Assembly (NCBI GenBank): GCA_963754875.1
Contig: CAVWHO010000013.1
Coordinates: 160,001 to 224,000, forward strand
DNA length: 64,000 bases
DNA from: Nitrospirota bacterium
GTDB lineage: Bacteria; Nitrospirota; UBA9217
Reading direction: 5' to 3'
The translations under genes were made by a program, and so were the position numbers. This document shows positions 1-10,583 of the stretch, piece by piece. Numbering within the stretch: position 1 is the stretch's first letter; every line of letters begins with the position of its first letter. The notes under the pieces were generated by a model, which did no database searches, had not been told where the DNA came from, and was given only the letters and a program-made list of their open reading frames with translations.

Positions 1-481
1 CGAGGTGATAGGCCCCGATGAGTCCTGCCAGCAGCAGCATGGACGCCAGCTCTACACCGAGTACGTAAGGGCCGAAGAGGGCAATGCCAACTTGTTTGGG
101 CCCGATGAGATTCGGCGCGTAAAGCCCTATTCGATCTGTTGCAAAAATAAAGATATAGATGAGCTCCGCCGCCAGTAGTGCGATCAGGATAGACGGTCCT
201 ATCCATATTCCCGGGGTCAGCCACTGAGATTCCTGCTCAGCTGCCTGTGAGCCGAGGTTCAACATCATGATCACGAAGACAAAAAGCACCATGATGGCCC
301 CGGCGTAGATAATCACTTCGAGCGCTGCGACAAAGGGTGCCCCGAACGCGAAGAATATGAGCGCTATGGCAAGCAAGGACACGACCAAGTACAGAAGGGC
401 GTGCACCGTGCTTTTCCGCGTAACGACCATGAACGTCGAGAAGACGGCTACGATCGCTGATATATAGAAGAGAAGATTCAT
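1..481 (-). CDS. nuoJ: NADH-quinone oxidoreductase subunit J (partial, runs off window start)
   Basis: Manual translation from the CAT at 479-481 gives MNLLFYISAIVAVFSTFMVVTRKSTVHALLYLVVSLL...LEVIIYAGAIMVLFVFVIMML, the NuoJ signature; lies downstream of nuoI. Confidence 0.92.
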   Translation of the reverse strand, partial: MNLLFYISAIVAVFSTFMVVTRKSTVHALLYLVVSLLAIALIFFAFGAPFVAALEVIIYAGAIMVLFVFVIMMLNLGSQAAEQESQWLTPGIWIGPSILIALLAAELIYIFIFATDRIGLYAPNLIGPKQVGIALFGPYVLGVELASMLLLAGLIGAYHL

Positions 482-495
482 AGTAATATCGACCC

Positions 496-611
496 TTGAC
501 ACGGAAAATTCGTGATCAAAATTTTTGAAGAAGCATAATACGGCCTTGCATTACTGATGATAAACTAATTATCCGATGTTATCCGGTTTTTATCAGCATC
601 TTCCGTGTCAA
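496..611. repeat. Intergenic inverted-repeat element, family D (ACACGGA nonamer-type arms)
   Basis: Perfect 11-bp terminal IR TTGACACGGAA (496-506) / TTCCGTGTCAA (601-611); related arms at 4761-4792 and 31467-31598. Confidence 0.75.
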
Positions 612-616
612 ATTAG

Positions 617-1132
617 TTAAGGCATCAGACTTTTTGTGTCCACCGGTTTCTCCTCGTTCTCTGCCTCACCCTTATCTTTTCCCTTGATCGAAAGCCCGGC
701 GACCCGGTAGAAGTTGTAATCATGGTATTTACCCGGCCCGCTGATGAGCAGGTCTTCCTTTTCATAGACCAGGTTCTGCCTTTTGTACTCGCCCATCTCG
801 AAATCCGTCGTGAGCTGGATCGCGTAGGTCGGGCAGGCCTCTTCGCAGTATCCGCAGAATATGCAGCGCGAGAAGTTTATACGGAAAAACTCCGGGTATC
901 TCCTGCCGTGTTCGTCTTCCGTTGCCTGGAGCGAGATGCAGTCAACCGGGCACGCCACCGCACAGAGGTAGCACGCGACACAGCGCTCCTCTCCGTCGGG
1001 ATCGCGGGAGAGGATGATCCGTCCGCGCCAGCGCGGAGGAATGTAGGGACGCTCCTCAGGATACTGGATCGTCGCACGTTTGCGGAACATGGTCACGAAA
1101 ACCGTCCAGATTGTTTTAAGGATGCTGAACAT
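617..1132 (-). CDS. nuoI: NADH-quinone oxidoreductase subunit I
   Basis: Two CxxCxxCxxxCP motifs ([24 protein letters not shown]), TIQYPEE, operon position. Confidence 0.97.
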   Translation of the reverse strand: MFSILKTIWTVFVTMFRKRATIQYPEERPYIPPRWRGRIILSRDPDGEERCVACYLCAVACPVDCISLQATEDEHGRRYPEFFRINFSRCIFCGYCEEACPTYAIQLTTDFEMGEYKRQNLVYEKEDLLISGPGKYHDYNFYRVAGLSIKGKDKGEAENEEKPVDTKSLMP

Positions 1133-1160
1133 ATACCCTTTTCCAGAAATAGAATAGATT

Positions 1161-1247
1161 CGTCATCCCCGAATGATTCTATCGGGGATCCAGTGTCTTA
1201 ATGTCCAAACAGTGAGCCCCTGGATTCCCGCCTACGCGGGAATGACG
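1161..1247. repeat. GTCATTCCCG-type REP/REPIN palindromic element, family B
   Basis: CGTCATCCCCGA..TCGGGGATCCA ... TGGATTCCCGCCTACGCGGGAATGACG: two hairpin arms in inverted orientation. Confidence 0.85.
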
Positions 1248-1275
1248 GGAGTAAAAGCATATATCTTATTCTTTT

Positions 1276-2244
1276 TCATTTTAGTCCTTCTTTTAACAAG
1301 ACCACAGCCCCTGTCACCACCAGGTTCAGCAATGACAACGGCAGCATTACTTTCCATCCGAACGACATAAGCTGATCATACCGCGGCCGGGGCAGCGCTG
1401 CCCGGAGCAGAATGAAGAAGCTGATGAATATGAACGTTTTAATCAGGAACCACAGGAGCGGGGGCAGCACCGGACCCATCCATCCGCCGAAGAACAGCGC
1501 CACGGTCAAAGCTGAGATGAGCGTGATGCCGAGATACTCTCCCACGAAGAACATGCCGAACTTCATGCCTGAGTATTCTGAATGATACCCGGCTACGAGC
1601 TCGCTCTCCGCTTCGGGCAGGTCGAAAGGCAGGCGATGGGTCTCCGCAATGCCGGCTATGAAAAATATCACAAAACCGATGAATTGCGGTATCACGAACC
1701 ACATGTGGCGCTGCGCCTCGACGATCTCGCGCACATTGAACGAGCCGGCGAGCATGACTACTCCCATGAGCGACAATCCCATGAACACCTCGTAGGAGAG
1801 CATCTGCGCCGATGCGCGGAGACCGCCGAGGAGCGAGTATTTGCTGCTCGATGCCCAACCTGCCAGAGCCACGCTGTATACGCCGAGGGAAGACATGGCG
1901 AGGAAGAACAAGAGCCCGATGTTCAGATCAACGACCTCAATGCCCGGCGCAAAGGGAATGACGGTGAACGACATCAGCACAACCACGACGATCACTGCCG
2001 GGGCCATGATGAACACGGCCTTGTCCGCAAAGGGCGGGATCCAGTCTTCCTTGGTGAAAACTTTGATCATGTCGGCCAGGACCTGGAGGAGGCCGAAGGG
2101 GCCCACGCGGTTCGGTCCGTAGCGGTCCTGCCACAGGCCAAGCAGCCTGCGCTCGAGCCAGATCAGCAGCCCGCCGATCGTCAGCACGACGAAAAGAATG
2201 CCGAAGAGAACAATGAGATGCAGAATGGCAGATACGTCTGTCAT
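1276..2244 (-). CDS. nuoH: NADH-quinone oxidoreductase subunit H
   Basis: [51 protein letters not shown] motifs. Confidence 0.98.
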   Translation of the reverse strand: MTDVSAILHLIVLFGILFVVLTIGGLLIWLERRLLGLWQDRYGPNRVGPFGLLQVLADMIKVFTKEDWIPPFADKAVFIMAPAVIVVVVLMSFTVIPFAPGIEVVDLNIGLLFFLAMSSLGVYSVALAGWASSSKYSLLGGLRASAQMLSYEVFMGLSLMGVVMLAGSFNVREIVEAQRHMWFVIPQFIGFVIFFIAGIAETHRLPFDLPEAESELVAGYHSEYSGMKFGMFFVGEYLGITLISALTVALFFGGWMGPVLPPLLWFLIKTFIFISFFILLRAALPRPRYDQLMSFGWKVMLPLSLLNLVVTGAVVLLKEGLK

Positions 2245-4751
2245 GATCGCTTCTTCCGGGAATTCGCGCGTTCGATGATCGCCGGTGATTGAGAGCTCAG
2301 CTCCTCTGATGTAAAAATATCATATCGCAACAATACCTGCTCCTGTCCCGGCATCGGCTTCAACGGAACGTTTGGGAAATACGACGGCTTGGCATCTTTT
2401 GTCGGTTCGATCAGCCGCTTCCCCGGGTCTCCGCCTTTGAGCGGGCCGCCTACTTCTTGCTGGAACTTGTTCAGAGCTGAGACCGAGTTCCATCCCGGGG
2501 ACCAGTATCGGGACGTGAGCGGAGCAGGGGGCTGCCCTTCGTAGCCCTCCATGGAGAAGGAGAGAGGGGTATCTGGATCGTCGGCCGGCTTGGGCTCGTG
2601 GACGCTGATGTTCGCGAGCATCGCGGTCCTGCCGCTGTAACGGTGTGGCTGCCGGGGAATCCTGGCGCCGGCGACACGAAAATCCGCATGCGGAGCAATA
2701 TCTGAAACAGGCTTGAAAAACGGCAGCGCAGACGCCATGCTTTTGGTAATCGCATCGAGATCATCCCACGATACTTCGGCAGTCTTGCCCGTTGCCTTGT
2801 TGATATCACGGACCCATTTCCAGCTTTCCTGAATATCGAGATTCGGCGTGAAGACCTGATAAAATCGCTGCGCGCGGCCTTCATTATTTACGAGCGTTCC
2901 GTCGGCTTCGGCAAAGGTGGCTGCTGAGAGCGTGATCTGCGCCTTCGAGGAAGTCGAATTGATAAGATGGTCCAGAACGATAACGCTGCGGGCTTTGCCC
3001 AGAAAATCGTTAACTGCCTTCTCATCAGCCCTGCGATAGAGGTCATTCTCAAGAACAATGACGGTCTCTGCTTTGCCCTCGTTTACAGCTTTGAATGCTT
3101 CGTCGAGGCTTTTACCATTCATGAGTCCCAGGCCCATGCTGTTGCACTCAGGCACGGTATAACAGAGCCCTGCAACTTTTCCGCTTTCGCAGAGTGACCA
3201 CGCGATGTTCGCAGCCGCCTGGATGATTGGTTCGCTGGTCAGGCTTGCACCGGAGATGATGAGTGGACGCTTCGCACTCTTGAGCGCTGCGGCAATCTCC
3301 TGTGCCAGTTTAAGATTTGTATCGTCAGTGTCCGGAACTGGCGGCAACTGCGGATTCAGTTCATGGGCAACGGCAAATCCGAGCCTTGTTATGTCTTGAG
3401 GTTCGGCGAGATAAGTCTTTGTGGCAACTTCGTCCAGCCTGGTGTTCGTTACGGACGCGATATACAACGGCCCGGTTTCATCCTGGGTCGCGTTGCGAGT
3501 TGCGTTGTCGTCCCATCCGGGAATGCGCATCTTCTCGGTCAACTCTTTTGGCTTATTGCGCACGGATTGGCGCACTGCCAGGTCGAGCAGGGGTGCCGTA
3601 TTCGTAAGGTCCTCGCCCAGGACGAGGACCGCATCCGCCTGTTCCACCTCATGGAGTGACGGCGTGCGTGCCGGTCCTCTTTTCAGAATATCGGTCATGA
3701 GCAAAACGAGCTTGTGTCCCTGTGCTGACATGCCTGAGTAGAAGTTGTCCGGCCCCACGAGTGTTCGGAGAGCATAATTAGATTCGAGCGATGCACGGGG
3801 AGAACCGATGCCGATCACGCCTTTGTTCACGGAAAGAATCGTGGTGATCTGCTTTAAGGCTTCGGCCTTTTCAGCTGGCTTCTGCCCGTTTTCTGTCTTT
3901 ACGAGCGCCTTCCTGATCCTCTTTCCGCTGTTTACGAATTCGTAGCCGAACCGCCCCCGGTCGCAGAGGAAGTAGCCATTCACTTCATGGTTGTACCGGT
4001 TCAGGATTCTGCGAAGCGTACCGTAACGCTCGCCGGGAATGGTGTTGCAGCCCAGGCCGCAGTGGACGCAAATCGACGGCGCGGTCTGGAGGTCCCATTT
4101 GCGAGTGTAATGCTGTTTGAGTGTCTTGTCCGTGAATACTCCGGTGGGGCAGACCTCGACCAGGTTTCCGCTGAACTCGCTCTCGAGCACGCCGTCCTCG
4201 TGCCTGCCGAAATAGACGTGGTCGTGCGAGGCAAAGACATCGAGGTCCCGTCCCCCTGCGTAGTCCCGGTAGAACCGGACGCAGCGGTAACAGGCGATGC
4301 AGCGGTTCATTTCGTGGTTGATGAAGGGGCCGAGGTCCTGGTTCCGATGGGTGCGCTTCTTGAACCGTGTCCTGCGGTAGTTGTGGCCGGTCATGACCGT
4401 CATGTCCTGGAGATGGCACTCCCCGCCTTCATCGCAGACGGGACAGTCATGGGGATGGTTCACCATGAGCCATTCGATGACGCTTGCGCGGAAGGCTTTC
4501 GCATCAGGATCATCTATCGAAACGCGCAGTCCCTCGGCAACAGGCGTCATGCAGGACATGACGATCCTGCCGCGCGTGTCTTTGTCATCCTTGAACTGCT
4601 TCACCGCGCACTGGCGGCAGGCCCCTACGGAATGCATGGCAGGATGCCAGCAGAAGTAGGGCAGGTCGAAGCCGAGGGACAGGCAGGCCTGGAGGAGGTT
4701 CTGGCCTTCCTTTACCTGGTGCGGCTTATTGTCAATGAAGATCGTAATCAT
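2241..4751 (-). CDS. nuoG: NADH-quinone oxidoreductase subunit G
   Basis: [35 protein letters not shown] and CVHCGLGC Fe-S motifs; start set at ATG of MITIFIDN (4751); ATGA overlap with nuoH. Confidence 0.96.
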   Translation of the reverse strand: MITIFIDNKPHQVKEGQNLLQACLSLGFDLPYFCWHPAMHSVGACRQCAVKQFKDDKDTRGRIVMSCMTPVAEGLRVSIDDPDAKAFRASVIEWLMVNHPHDCPVCDEGGECHLQDMTVMTGHNYRRTRFKKRTHRNQDLGPFINHEMNRCIACYRCVRFYRDYAGGRDLDVFASHDHVYFGRHEDGVLESEFSGNLVEVCPTGVFTDKTLKQHYTRKWDLQTAPSICVHCGLGCNTIPGERYGTLRRILNRYNHEVNGYFLCDRGRFGYEFVNSGKRIRKALVKTENGQKPAEKAEALKQITTILSVNKGVIGIGSPRASLESNYALRTLVGPDNFYSGMSAQGHKLVLLMTDILKRGPARTPSLHEVEQADAVLVLGEDLTNTAPLLDLAVRQSVRNKPKELTEKMRIPGWDDNATRNATQDETGPLYIASVTNTRLDEVATKTYLAEPQDITRLGFAVAHELNPQLPPVPDTDDTNLKLAQEIAAALKSAKRPLIISGASLTSEPIIQAAANIAWSLCESGKVAGLCYTVPECNSMGLGLMNGKSLDEAFKAVNEGKAETVIVLENDLYRRADEKAVNDFLGKARSVIVLDHLINSTSSKAQITLSAATFAEADGTLVNNEGRAQRFYQVFTPNLDIQESWKWVRDINKATGKTAEVSWDDLDAITKSMASALPFFKPVSDIAPHADFRVAGARIPRQPHRYSGRTAMLANISVHEPKPADDPDTPLSFSMEGYEGQPPAPLTSRYWSPGWNSVSALNKFQQEVGGPLKGGDPGKRLIEPTKDAKPSYFPNVPLKPMPGQEQVLLRYDIFTSEELSSQSPAIIERANSRKKRS

Positions 4752-4811
4752 AAAAAACCTTTGACACGGAGTTACGCGGATCAAAATCTGATATATCATT
4801 TTTAGTCAACA

Positions 4812-4906
4812 CTCCCTCTCCTTCAAGGAGAGGGTTGGGGTGAGGATGGGTGTGTCGCAGGTCATGAGACCCATCCCCACCTTAATCCTCCCCTTGAAGG
4901 GGAGGA
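4812..4906. repeat. Empty (non-coding) family A element with two hairpin arms
   Basis: CCCTCTCC-TTCAA-GGAGAGGG-TTGGGGTGAGGATGGG ... CCCATCCCCACCTTAA-TCCTCCCC-TTGAA-GGGGAGGA; same architecture as the arms around the DUF559 gene. Confidence 0.88.
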
Positions 4907-4923
4907 AAAGATTAGCAGCCTGT

Positions 4924-6201
4924 CTACGAGTTTTTCCAAGGGCATTTCTTTTCCCGTATATGCTTCTCAAAATCTTCCCGGAAATACTTTATCGCGCTCT
5001 GGAGCGGCTCGACCGCGCCGGGGGCCAGGGCGCAGTACGTGTTGCCCGGGCCGAGCAGCCTGCAGTGTTGTGTGAGAATATCGATATCTCCCGGCTGACC
5101 CGTGCCTCCTTCGATCGAACCAAGGATCTTTTCGATCCACGGCAGGCCGTCACGGCAGGGAGTACACCAGCCGCAGGACTCGCGCGCGAAAAACTTGATG
5201 AGGTTGTGTACAAACCCGACGGGACAGGTTTTGTCATCGAGCACGATCATGGTACCGGTGCCGAGCCGGGAGCCTGCCTTCATCACCGAGTCGAAATCCA
5301 TCTTGACATCGAGATGATCGCTCACGAAGAAATCAGTGGACGCTCCTCCCGGTATCACTCCCCGGAAAACATAGCCGTCCTGCATGCCGCCTGCGTGTAC
5401 CTCCAGAAGTTCCCGGACCGTTACTCCCATGGGAAGCTCCCAGATTGCAGGTTTTTTTACGCGGCCGCTCACGCCGTAAAGCTTGGTGCCTGCGTCGGGA
5501 CTCTTGCTCAGACCTTTGAACCAGTCCGCACCGTTGTTCACGATATGCGGGATATTCGAGACCGTTTCGACATTGTTCACGATCGTGGGCCTGCCGAAAA
5601 GCCCGGAAACCTGGGGGAAGGGCGGCTTCGCGCGGGGCGTCGCACGTTTGCCCTCGAGAGCGTTCAAAAGGGCCGTTTCTTCGCCACAGATGTAGCGGCC
5701 GGCGCTGCCGTGGATCCGTAATTCAAGATTGTAGCCCGATCCAAGGATGTTTTTCCCGAGATAGTTATTCGCATAGGCTTCTGCGATCGCCTGTTCGAGC
5801 ATCTTTATAGCTTGTTTGTATGCCCACCTGACGAAGATGAAGGCCTGCTCCGCTTCTATCGCGTAGGCGCTCGCGATCACTCCTTCGACGAGTTGATGAG
5901 GGTTGCCTTCGAGCAGCAGCCGGTCCTTGAACGTGCCTGGCTCCATCTCGTCTGCATTCACGACAAAATATTTCGGCCGCCGGGCTTCCGGCCCCATGGG
6001 TACAAAACTCCACTTGGCGCCAGTAGGAAATCCAGCGCCCCCGCGGCCGCGGAGGTTCGACGCCTTTACGATGTTCTGCACGTCCTGGGGGGACATCGAA
6101 AGCGCCTTGTGCAGGGACTGGTAGCCTCCGGCCTGCTCGTAATCTTTCAAGGAAAGCGGTGGTTGGCCTGACCGTATGTTTTTTGTGAGTGGCTGTTCCA
6201 T
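4924..6201 (-). CDS. nuoF: NADH-quinone oxidoreductase subunit F
   Basis: LRGRGGAGFPTG, NADEMEPGTFKD, YICGEETAL, ESCGWCTPCR. Confidence 0.98.
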   Translation of the reverse strand: MEQPLTKNIRSGQPPLSLKDYEQAGGYQSLHKALSMSPQDVQNIVKASNLRGRGGAGFPTGAKWSFVPMGPEARRPKYFVVNADEMEPGTFKDRLLLEGNPHQLVEGVIASAYAIEAEQAFIFVRWAYKQAIKMLEQAIAEAYANNYLGKNILGSGYNLELRIHGSAGRYICGEETALLNALEGKRATPRAKPPFPQVSGLFGRPTIVNNVETVSNIPHIVNNGADWFKGLSKSPDAGTKLYGVSGRVKKPAIWELPMGVTVRELLEVHAGGMQDGYVFRGVIPGGASTDFFVSDHLDVKMDFDSVMKAGSRLGTGTMIVLDDKTCPVGFVHNLIKFFARESCGWCTPCRDGLPWIEKILGSIEGGTGQPGDIDILTQHCRLLGPGNTYCALAPGAVEPLQSAIKYFREDFEKHIREKKCPWKNS

Positions 6202-6209
6202 AAAAAATA

Positions 6210-6275
6210 GTGCAAAGTTCAGAGTTCAAGGTTCAGTGTAAAGTCGCAAGTTCAAGTGATTCTCACTCTGAACTG
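6210..6275. repeat. Heptamer-period (AGTTCAG/AGTTCAA) inverted element, family C
   Basis: AAGTTCAGAGTTCAAGGTTCAG... with inverted arm CTCTGAACT. Confidence 0.7.
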
Positions 6276-6277
6276 TC

Positions 6278-6742
6278 TTACTTATATTTCACCAGTATCT
6301 CTTCCATCATCTCTGCTGTCACCGGTCCGTACAAATCCTCATCCACCATTATGGCCGGAGCGCGGTCGCAGGCGCCGAGGCATGATATGGGGAGCAGCGT
6401 GAAACGTTTGTCTGTCGTTGTCTCGCCGAATGAGATATTAAGTTTCCCCTTCAAAACAGCAAGCAGGGGATTATAGCCCGTGACCCAGCAGCTAATGCTG
6501 TCGCAAACGAGGATCACATGCCGCCCTACGGGACGCCGAAAAATGAAGCTATAGAAGGTGGCAACGGCGTCCAGTTCGTCAGCCGTCATGTCGAGCACGG
6601 CAGCCACGTCTTTCACCGCCTCGTCAGGCACCCAGCCGCGGTGCCGCTGAATGATATTCAAGGCGTCAACGGATGCGGAGCCCTTTGACGCGGCATGGGA
6701 CAGCTCGGCGTTGATTTCCTGAAGTTCTTTTTCGCTTAGCAT
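6278..6742 (-). CDS. nuoE: NADH-quinone oxidoreductase subunit E
   Basis: VATFYS, CDSISC and CLGAC [2Fe-2S] motifs. Confidence 0.97.
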   Translation of the reverse strand: MLSEKELQEINAELSHAASKGSASVDALNIIQRHRGWVPDEAVKDVAAVLDMTADELDAVATFYSFIFRRPVGRHVILVCDSISCWVTGYNPLLAVLKGKLNISFGETTTDKRFTLLPISCLGACDRAPAIMVDEDLYGPVTAEMMEEILVKYK

Positions 6743-6746
6743 AATT

Positions 6747-7139
6747 TCATATCCTCTCCCCTCGGGGAGAGGATCCAGGTGAGGGGGATATCTTCAAATT
6801 TGCAGCAGCTTTCAAAATAACTTCACAAACACCCTCTATATTCATTAATATATCTCTGTCGCTAAATCGCAATACTTGTATACCGTGAATTTCGAGCGTT
6901 CTCGTTCTCGCGGCATCTTCTTTTTTCACTTCCTTCGTATAATGCTGGCCGCCATCTGCTTCAAGTGCCATTTTGAATTCCGGCGCATAGAAATCAAGAA
7001 TATAACTGTCGATTGGGAACTGTCTTCTGAACTTGAGTCCATTTAACTGACGGTTACGAATAACTGACCAAAGCTTTCTTTCTGCGTCTGTTTGATTCTT
7101 CCTGAGCTGCCTACTCGTTGAAATGTTGGGCCGTTTCAA
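6747..7139 (-). CDS. DUF559 / Vsr-like PD-(D/E)xK endonuclease-domain protein
   Basis: RQLRKNQTDAERKLW..LKFRRQFPIDSYILDFY..ALEADGGQH..D..RT..LE..GIQVLRF pattern; more AT-rich than the nuo genes. Confidence 0.9.
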   Translation of the reverse strand: MKRPNISTSRQLRKNQTDAERKLWSVIRNRQLNGLKFRRQFPIDSYILDFYAPEFKMALEADGGQHYTKEVKKEDAARTRTLEIHGIQVLRFSDRDILMNIEGVCEVILKAAANLKISPSPGSSPRGERI

Positions 7140-7180
7140 CTCCCCCCCTCACCCTGACCCTCTCCCCGAGGGGAGAGGGA
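6751..7180 (-). mobile_element. Putative gene-bearing family A element: DUF559 gene between inverted hairpin arms
   Basis: Arms TCCTCTCCCCTCGGGGAGAGGATCCAGGTGAGGGGGA (about 6752-6788) and TCCCCCCCTCACCCTGACCCTCTCCCCGAGGGGAGAGGGA (7141-7180) are inverted copies; cassette interrupts nuoCD-nuoE. Confidence 0.7.
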
Positions 7181-7209
7181 AAAACAAAAAATCAGCGACT
7201 GTGATACTT

Positions 7210-8958
7210 TTACCGATCCAAATCCGCCAATATGAAATCGATACTGCCGATGATTGCCAACAGATCAGCGATCATCAGCCCCTTGCTTATCTTCGGCACC
7301 ATCTGAAGATGGGGGAACGATGGGGTTCGGATGCGGGTCCGGTAGGACACCGTGTTCCCATCGCTGACAAGATAGTACCCGTTGTTCCCTTTGGTCGCTT
7401 CAATTCCCATGAACGCTTCGCCCGCCGGGATCACCGGGCCCCAACTGACACTGAGGAAATGGTTGATGAGCGTCTCGATGTCGTGCATGGTGCGCTCTTT
7501 GCGCGGCGGCGTTGTGAGCGGATGGTCTGATTTGTACTTGCCTGCCGGCATGTTGTTCACGCACTGCTCTATGATGCGCAGGCTCTGGCGGATCTCTTCC
7601 ACGCGGACCACGCCGCGGTCGTAACAATCGCCATGAACAGCCGTGGGGATGTCGAATTCGAAGTTCTCGTAGCCCGAGTAGGGCCGTTTCTTGCGAAAAT
7701 CCCACTCATACCCGCAAGCACGCAGTCCGGCGCCGGTCACGCCCCAATCGATGGCCTCGTCAAGGGTATATTTCCCCACTCCTACTGTGCGAGCCTTGAA
7801 AATGCTGTTCCGCATCACGATGGAATCGTATTCTTTGAGGCGGGGAGGCAGGTATTTCAGAAAATTTCTTACGAGGCCGTCCCATCCCTTCGGCAGGTCC
7901 TGGGCTACGCCCCCGATCCTGAACCATTCGGGATGCATGCGTCCGCCGCAAATGGCTTCGATGATGTCGAACACGCGCTCCCGGTCCGTGAACATGTAGA
8001 AGACAGGAGAGAGGGCGCCTACGTCCTGGGCAAAGGTACCGTACCAGACAAGATGGCTCGCAATGCGGAAAAGTTCAGCCAACATCACGCGGATGGTCTT
8101 TGCACGATCGGGGACGTCAATGTCGGCAAGCTTCTCCACGGCGAGAACATAGGCGAGGTTGTTCATGACCCCGCCCAGATAATCGACCCGGTCGGTGTAG
8201 GGAATATAGGTATGCCACGACTGACGTTCCGCCATTTTTTCTGCGCCGCGGTGGTGGTATCCGATATCGAGCACTGCATCCTTGATCGTTTCACCGTCGA
8301 GCTGGAGGATGAATCGGATCAGGCCGTGCGTACCCGGGTGCTGGGGACCGAGGTTCAAAAACATGAAGTCCGTATCTTCGGTCTCGCGTTCCATGCCCCA
8401 GTCCTCGGGATTGAACTGGAGCGCCATCTGCTCAGCCTCTTCCTTTTCATCGGGAAGCCGAAAGGGCCCCATTTCCGTTGCGCGAGCAGGGTGGTCCTTC
8501 CTGAGAGGATGGCCTTTCCAGGTCGGCGGCATCAAGATTCTCTTCAGATGAGGGTGGCCGTCAAATTTAACGCCGAACATGTCCCAGGCTTCGCGCTCAT
8601 ACCAGTCTGCAGACTCCCAGAGGCCGGTGATCGTGGGAAGTGACGGCGACTCGCCCCTGAGCGGCACCTTTATTCTGATGTCCTCGTTCCGGTCGTAGGA
8701 AAGAAGATGGTAGACAACCGTAAAGTCGCTTTCGGGCTGGTCCGGCTTGTGGCTCCGAACGCGTTCATCGATTGCCGTGAGATCGTAAAGGGTTTTATAA
8801 GGATTACGAACGATGCTCTTGAGGTGTTTCAGCACGTCGCGCGCCTGCTCCCGACTTACCCAGAGCGTGGGAATATTGTCGCGGGTGGGCTGGACAGCGA
8901 GGACTGCTTCGCCAAAGGAGTTTTTGAGATCGTCGATGATGGAATTATCAAGGGTCAT
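7210..8958 (-). CDS. nuoC: NADH-quinone oxidoreductase subunit C/D (fused)
   Basis: [14 protein letters not shown] (NuoC) fused to [34 protein letters not shown] (NuoD). Confidence 0.97.
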   Translation of the reverse strand: MTLDNSIIDDLKNSFGEAVLAVQPTRDNIPTLWVSREQARDVLKHLKSIVRNPYKTLYDLTAIDERVRSHKPDQPESDFTVVYHLLSYDRNEDIRIKVPLRGESPSLPTITGLWESADWYEREAWDMFGVKFDGHPHLKRILMPPTWKGHPLRKDHPARATEMGPFRLPDEKEEAEQMALQFNPEDWGMERETEDTDFMFLNLGPQHPGTHGLIRFILQLDGETIKDAVLDIGYHHRGAEKMAERQSWHTYIPYTDRVDYLGGVMNNLAYVLAVEKLADIDVPDRAKTIRVMLAELFRIASHLVWYGTFAQDVGALSPVFYMFTDRERVFDIIEAICGGRMHPEWFRIGGVAQDLPKGWDGLVRNFLKYLPPRLKEYDSIVMRNSIFKARTVGVGKYTLDEAIDWGVTGAGLRACGYEWDFRKKRPYSGYENFEFDIPTAVHGDCYDRGVVRVEEIRQSLRIIEQCVNNMPAGKYKSDHPLTTPPRKERTMHDIETLINHFLSVSWGPVIPAGEAFMGIEATKGNNGYYLVSDGNTVSYRTRIRTPSFPHLQMVPKISKGLMIADLLAIIGSIDFILADLDR

Positions 8959-8976
8959 AGTTGGAAGGACTATTGC

Positions 8977-9054
8977 AGTTCAACGTTCAGAGTTCAAAGT
9001 GAGATAATGCAGCAACCACACAATAGGAAATAACTAACTCTGAACCATGAACGT
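8977..9054. repeat. Heptamer-period inverted element, family C
   Basis: AGTTCAACGTTCAGAGTTCAAAG ... ACTCTGAACCATGAACG. Confidence 0.72.
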
Positions 9055-9059
9055 TATTG

Positions 9060-9674
9060 TCAGACTTCATCCGGCGGCCGCAGTATCGTCGCCTTTCTCC
9101 GCTCTTCCCGCTTCAGGTCGCGCCTGCACGGCATTTCGGGCCGCCCAACATCCTGCGGTCCTGCGACCCAGCTCAAGGGCCGGCGTTCCTTGCCGACCTT
9201 GTCCCGGAGCATGAGGAGCCCTTCCATGAAGGCATCGGGCCGGGGCGGGCATCCGGGTACGTACACGTCCACTGGCAGGAATTTGTCCACGCCCTGAACA
9301 ACGCTGTAGATGTCGTACATGCCGCCGGAGTTTGCGCAGGAACCCATCGAGATGACCCAGCGCGGTTCCATCATTTGCTCATAGAGACGCTTGATGACCG
9401 GCGCCATCTTGATGAAGACCGTGCCGGCAATGATCATCATGTCTGCTTCGCGCGGTGTGCCGCGCATCACTTCGGCGCCGAACCGTGCGATGTCATACTT
9501 GCTCGTCAGGCTCGTTGCCATTTCAACGTAGCAGCACGAGAGGCCGAAGTTGAATGGCCAGATGGAATTCTTTCGTCCCCAGGCAAGCATGTCCTGGAGG
9601 CGGGTGAAGATCAGGCTCTTACGAACCACATCTTCAACGGTATCTTGTCCAGGCTTAGTAAAAAAATAGTTCAT
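9060..9674 (-). CDS. nuoB: NADH-quinone oxidoreductase subunit B
   Basis: [32 protein letters not shown]. Confidence 0.98.
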   Translation of the reverse strand: MNYFFTKPGQDTVEDVVRKSLIFTRLQDMLAWGRKNSIWPFNFGLSCCYVEMATSLTSKYDIARFGAEVMRGTPREADMMIIAGTVFIKMAPVIKRLYEQMMEPRWVISMGSCANSGGMYDIYSVVQGVDKFLPVDVYVPGCPPRPDAFMEGLLMLRDKVGKERRPLSWVAGPQDVGRPEMPCRRDLKREERRKATILRPPDEV

Positions 9675-9687
9675 AGATTAACTCATC

Positions 9688-9765
9688 AGTTTGCAGTTCA
9701 GAGTACAGAGTTCAGAATTGGGTGCATGACTTCACTTCGAACTTTGAACCTTGAACTCTGAACTT
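9688..9765. repeat. Heptamer-period inverted element, family C, overlapping the nuoA 3' end
   Basis: AGTTCAGAGTACAGAGTTCAGA ... TTCGAACTTTGAACCTTGAACTCTGAACT. Confidence 0.8.
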
Positions 9766-10151
9766 GTTTTTATAAACGCTCCCCATTCCAGCGCGCCGAG
9801 CTTCCATATATATACCAGTGCAGCTGTCAGAATGCCGATGAAGATCAACATCTCAGCGTAGCCCGTCCAGCCCGTTTCTCGGATCGATACAGCCCAGGCG
9901 AAAACGAATACCGCTTCAAGATCGAAGATGACGAAGAACATGGCTATGAGGTAGAATTTGATGTCGAAACGCACCCGTGCAGTGCCCGTGGACACGATGC
10001 CTGACTCGTAGGGTTCGTTGGTCTGTTTTTCCCGGTGCCGCTCGCCGAGCACGTAAGAGAGCGCGATCATGGATATGACGATGATCACGACTGCGGCGAA
10101 GTATATACCAAGAGGCCAGAGAACGGTAGGATCAGCAGCTTGTCCTGTCAT
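9732..10151 (-). CDS. nuoA: NADH-quinone oxidoreductase subunit A
   Basis: PYESG, KFYLIAMFFVIFDLE, GALEW. Confidence 0.97.
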   Translation of the reverse strand: MTGQAADPTVLWPLGIYFAAVVIIVISMIALSYVLGERHREKQTNEPYESGIVSTGTARVRFDIKFYLIAMFFVIFDLEAVFVFAWAVSIRETGWTGYAEMLIFIGILTAALVYIWKLGALEWGAFIKTSSEFKVQSSK

Positions 10152-10157
10152 GGTAAA

Positions 10158-10185
10158 AGAATATCACAGTGAGGATGAAAGTCAA
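10158..10185 (-). promoter_or_regulatory. Putative sigma70 promoter of the nuo operon (possibly leaderless mRNA)
   Basis: Minus strand TTGACT-16 nt-TATTCT with TG extension, ending 6 nt before the nuoA ATG; no SD. Confidence 0.5.
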
Positions 10186-10583
10186 GCATCCGGGCATTGA
10201 AAGGATTGTAGAGTATAACAACGTGGTGTAAGCGATGCACGGTTTGTCGGAAAACACTGATATTTCCCGTGCCCTTCTGAGAACAATGAAATTTATAATA
10301 AGAATAACATAGCATAGCATCTTCTTAATTGATGTTCTCAGGATCAAGCGAAGCTGTCTTGATTAAGCGATTCTACAATTCCCTCGCGTCCGCCCGAGGG
10401 GCAGAAAGCTCAACCCTTTCTCTTCAACCGGCTGAGTGACACCATTTAAATAGGGAATATGACCCCATACAGGAGCAGCAACCTCGCTGCATATTTTCCT
10501 TTATTCGGCGCCCAATATTGCGTAATTTTGCCTTGACTTTGAAGTGCTTATAATCTATATTAAGCTCCGTAGAGGAGGGGGAT

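Noticed and set aside
7633..8643. Long antisense or alternate-frame ORFs (e.g. 7633-8643, 3987-4805, 4840-5721, 12916-13716, 49054-49824)
   Set aside because: They are shadows of GC-rich, well-supported genes on the opposite strand and show no recognisable motifs.
10373..10492. Small Cys-rich minus-strand ORF (MQRGCCSC...) with possible UGA read-through as selenocysteine
   Set aside because: No recognisable family or convincing SECIS; it lies in the nuoA/ihfA divergent promoter region.
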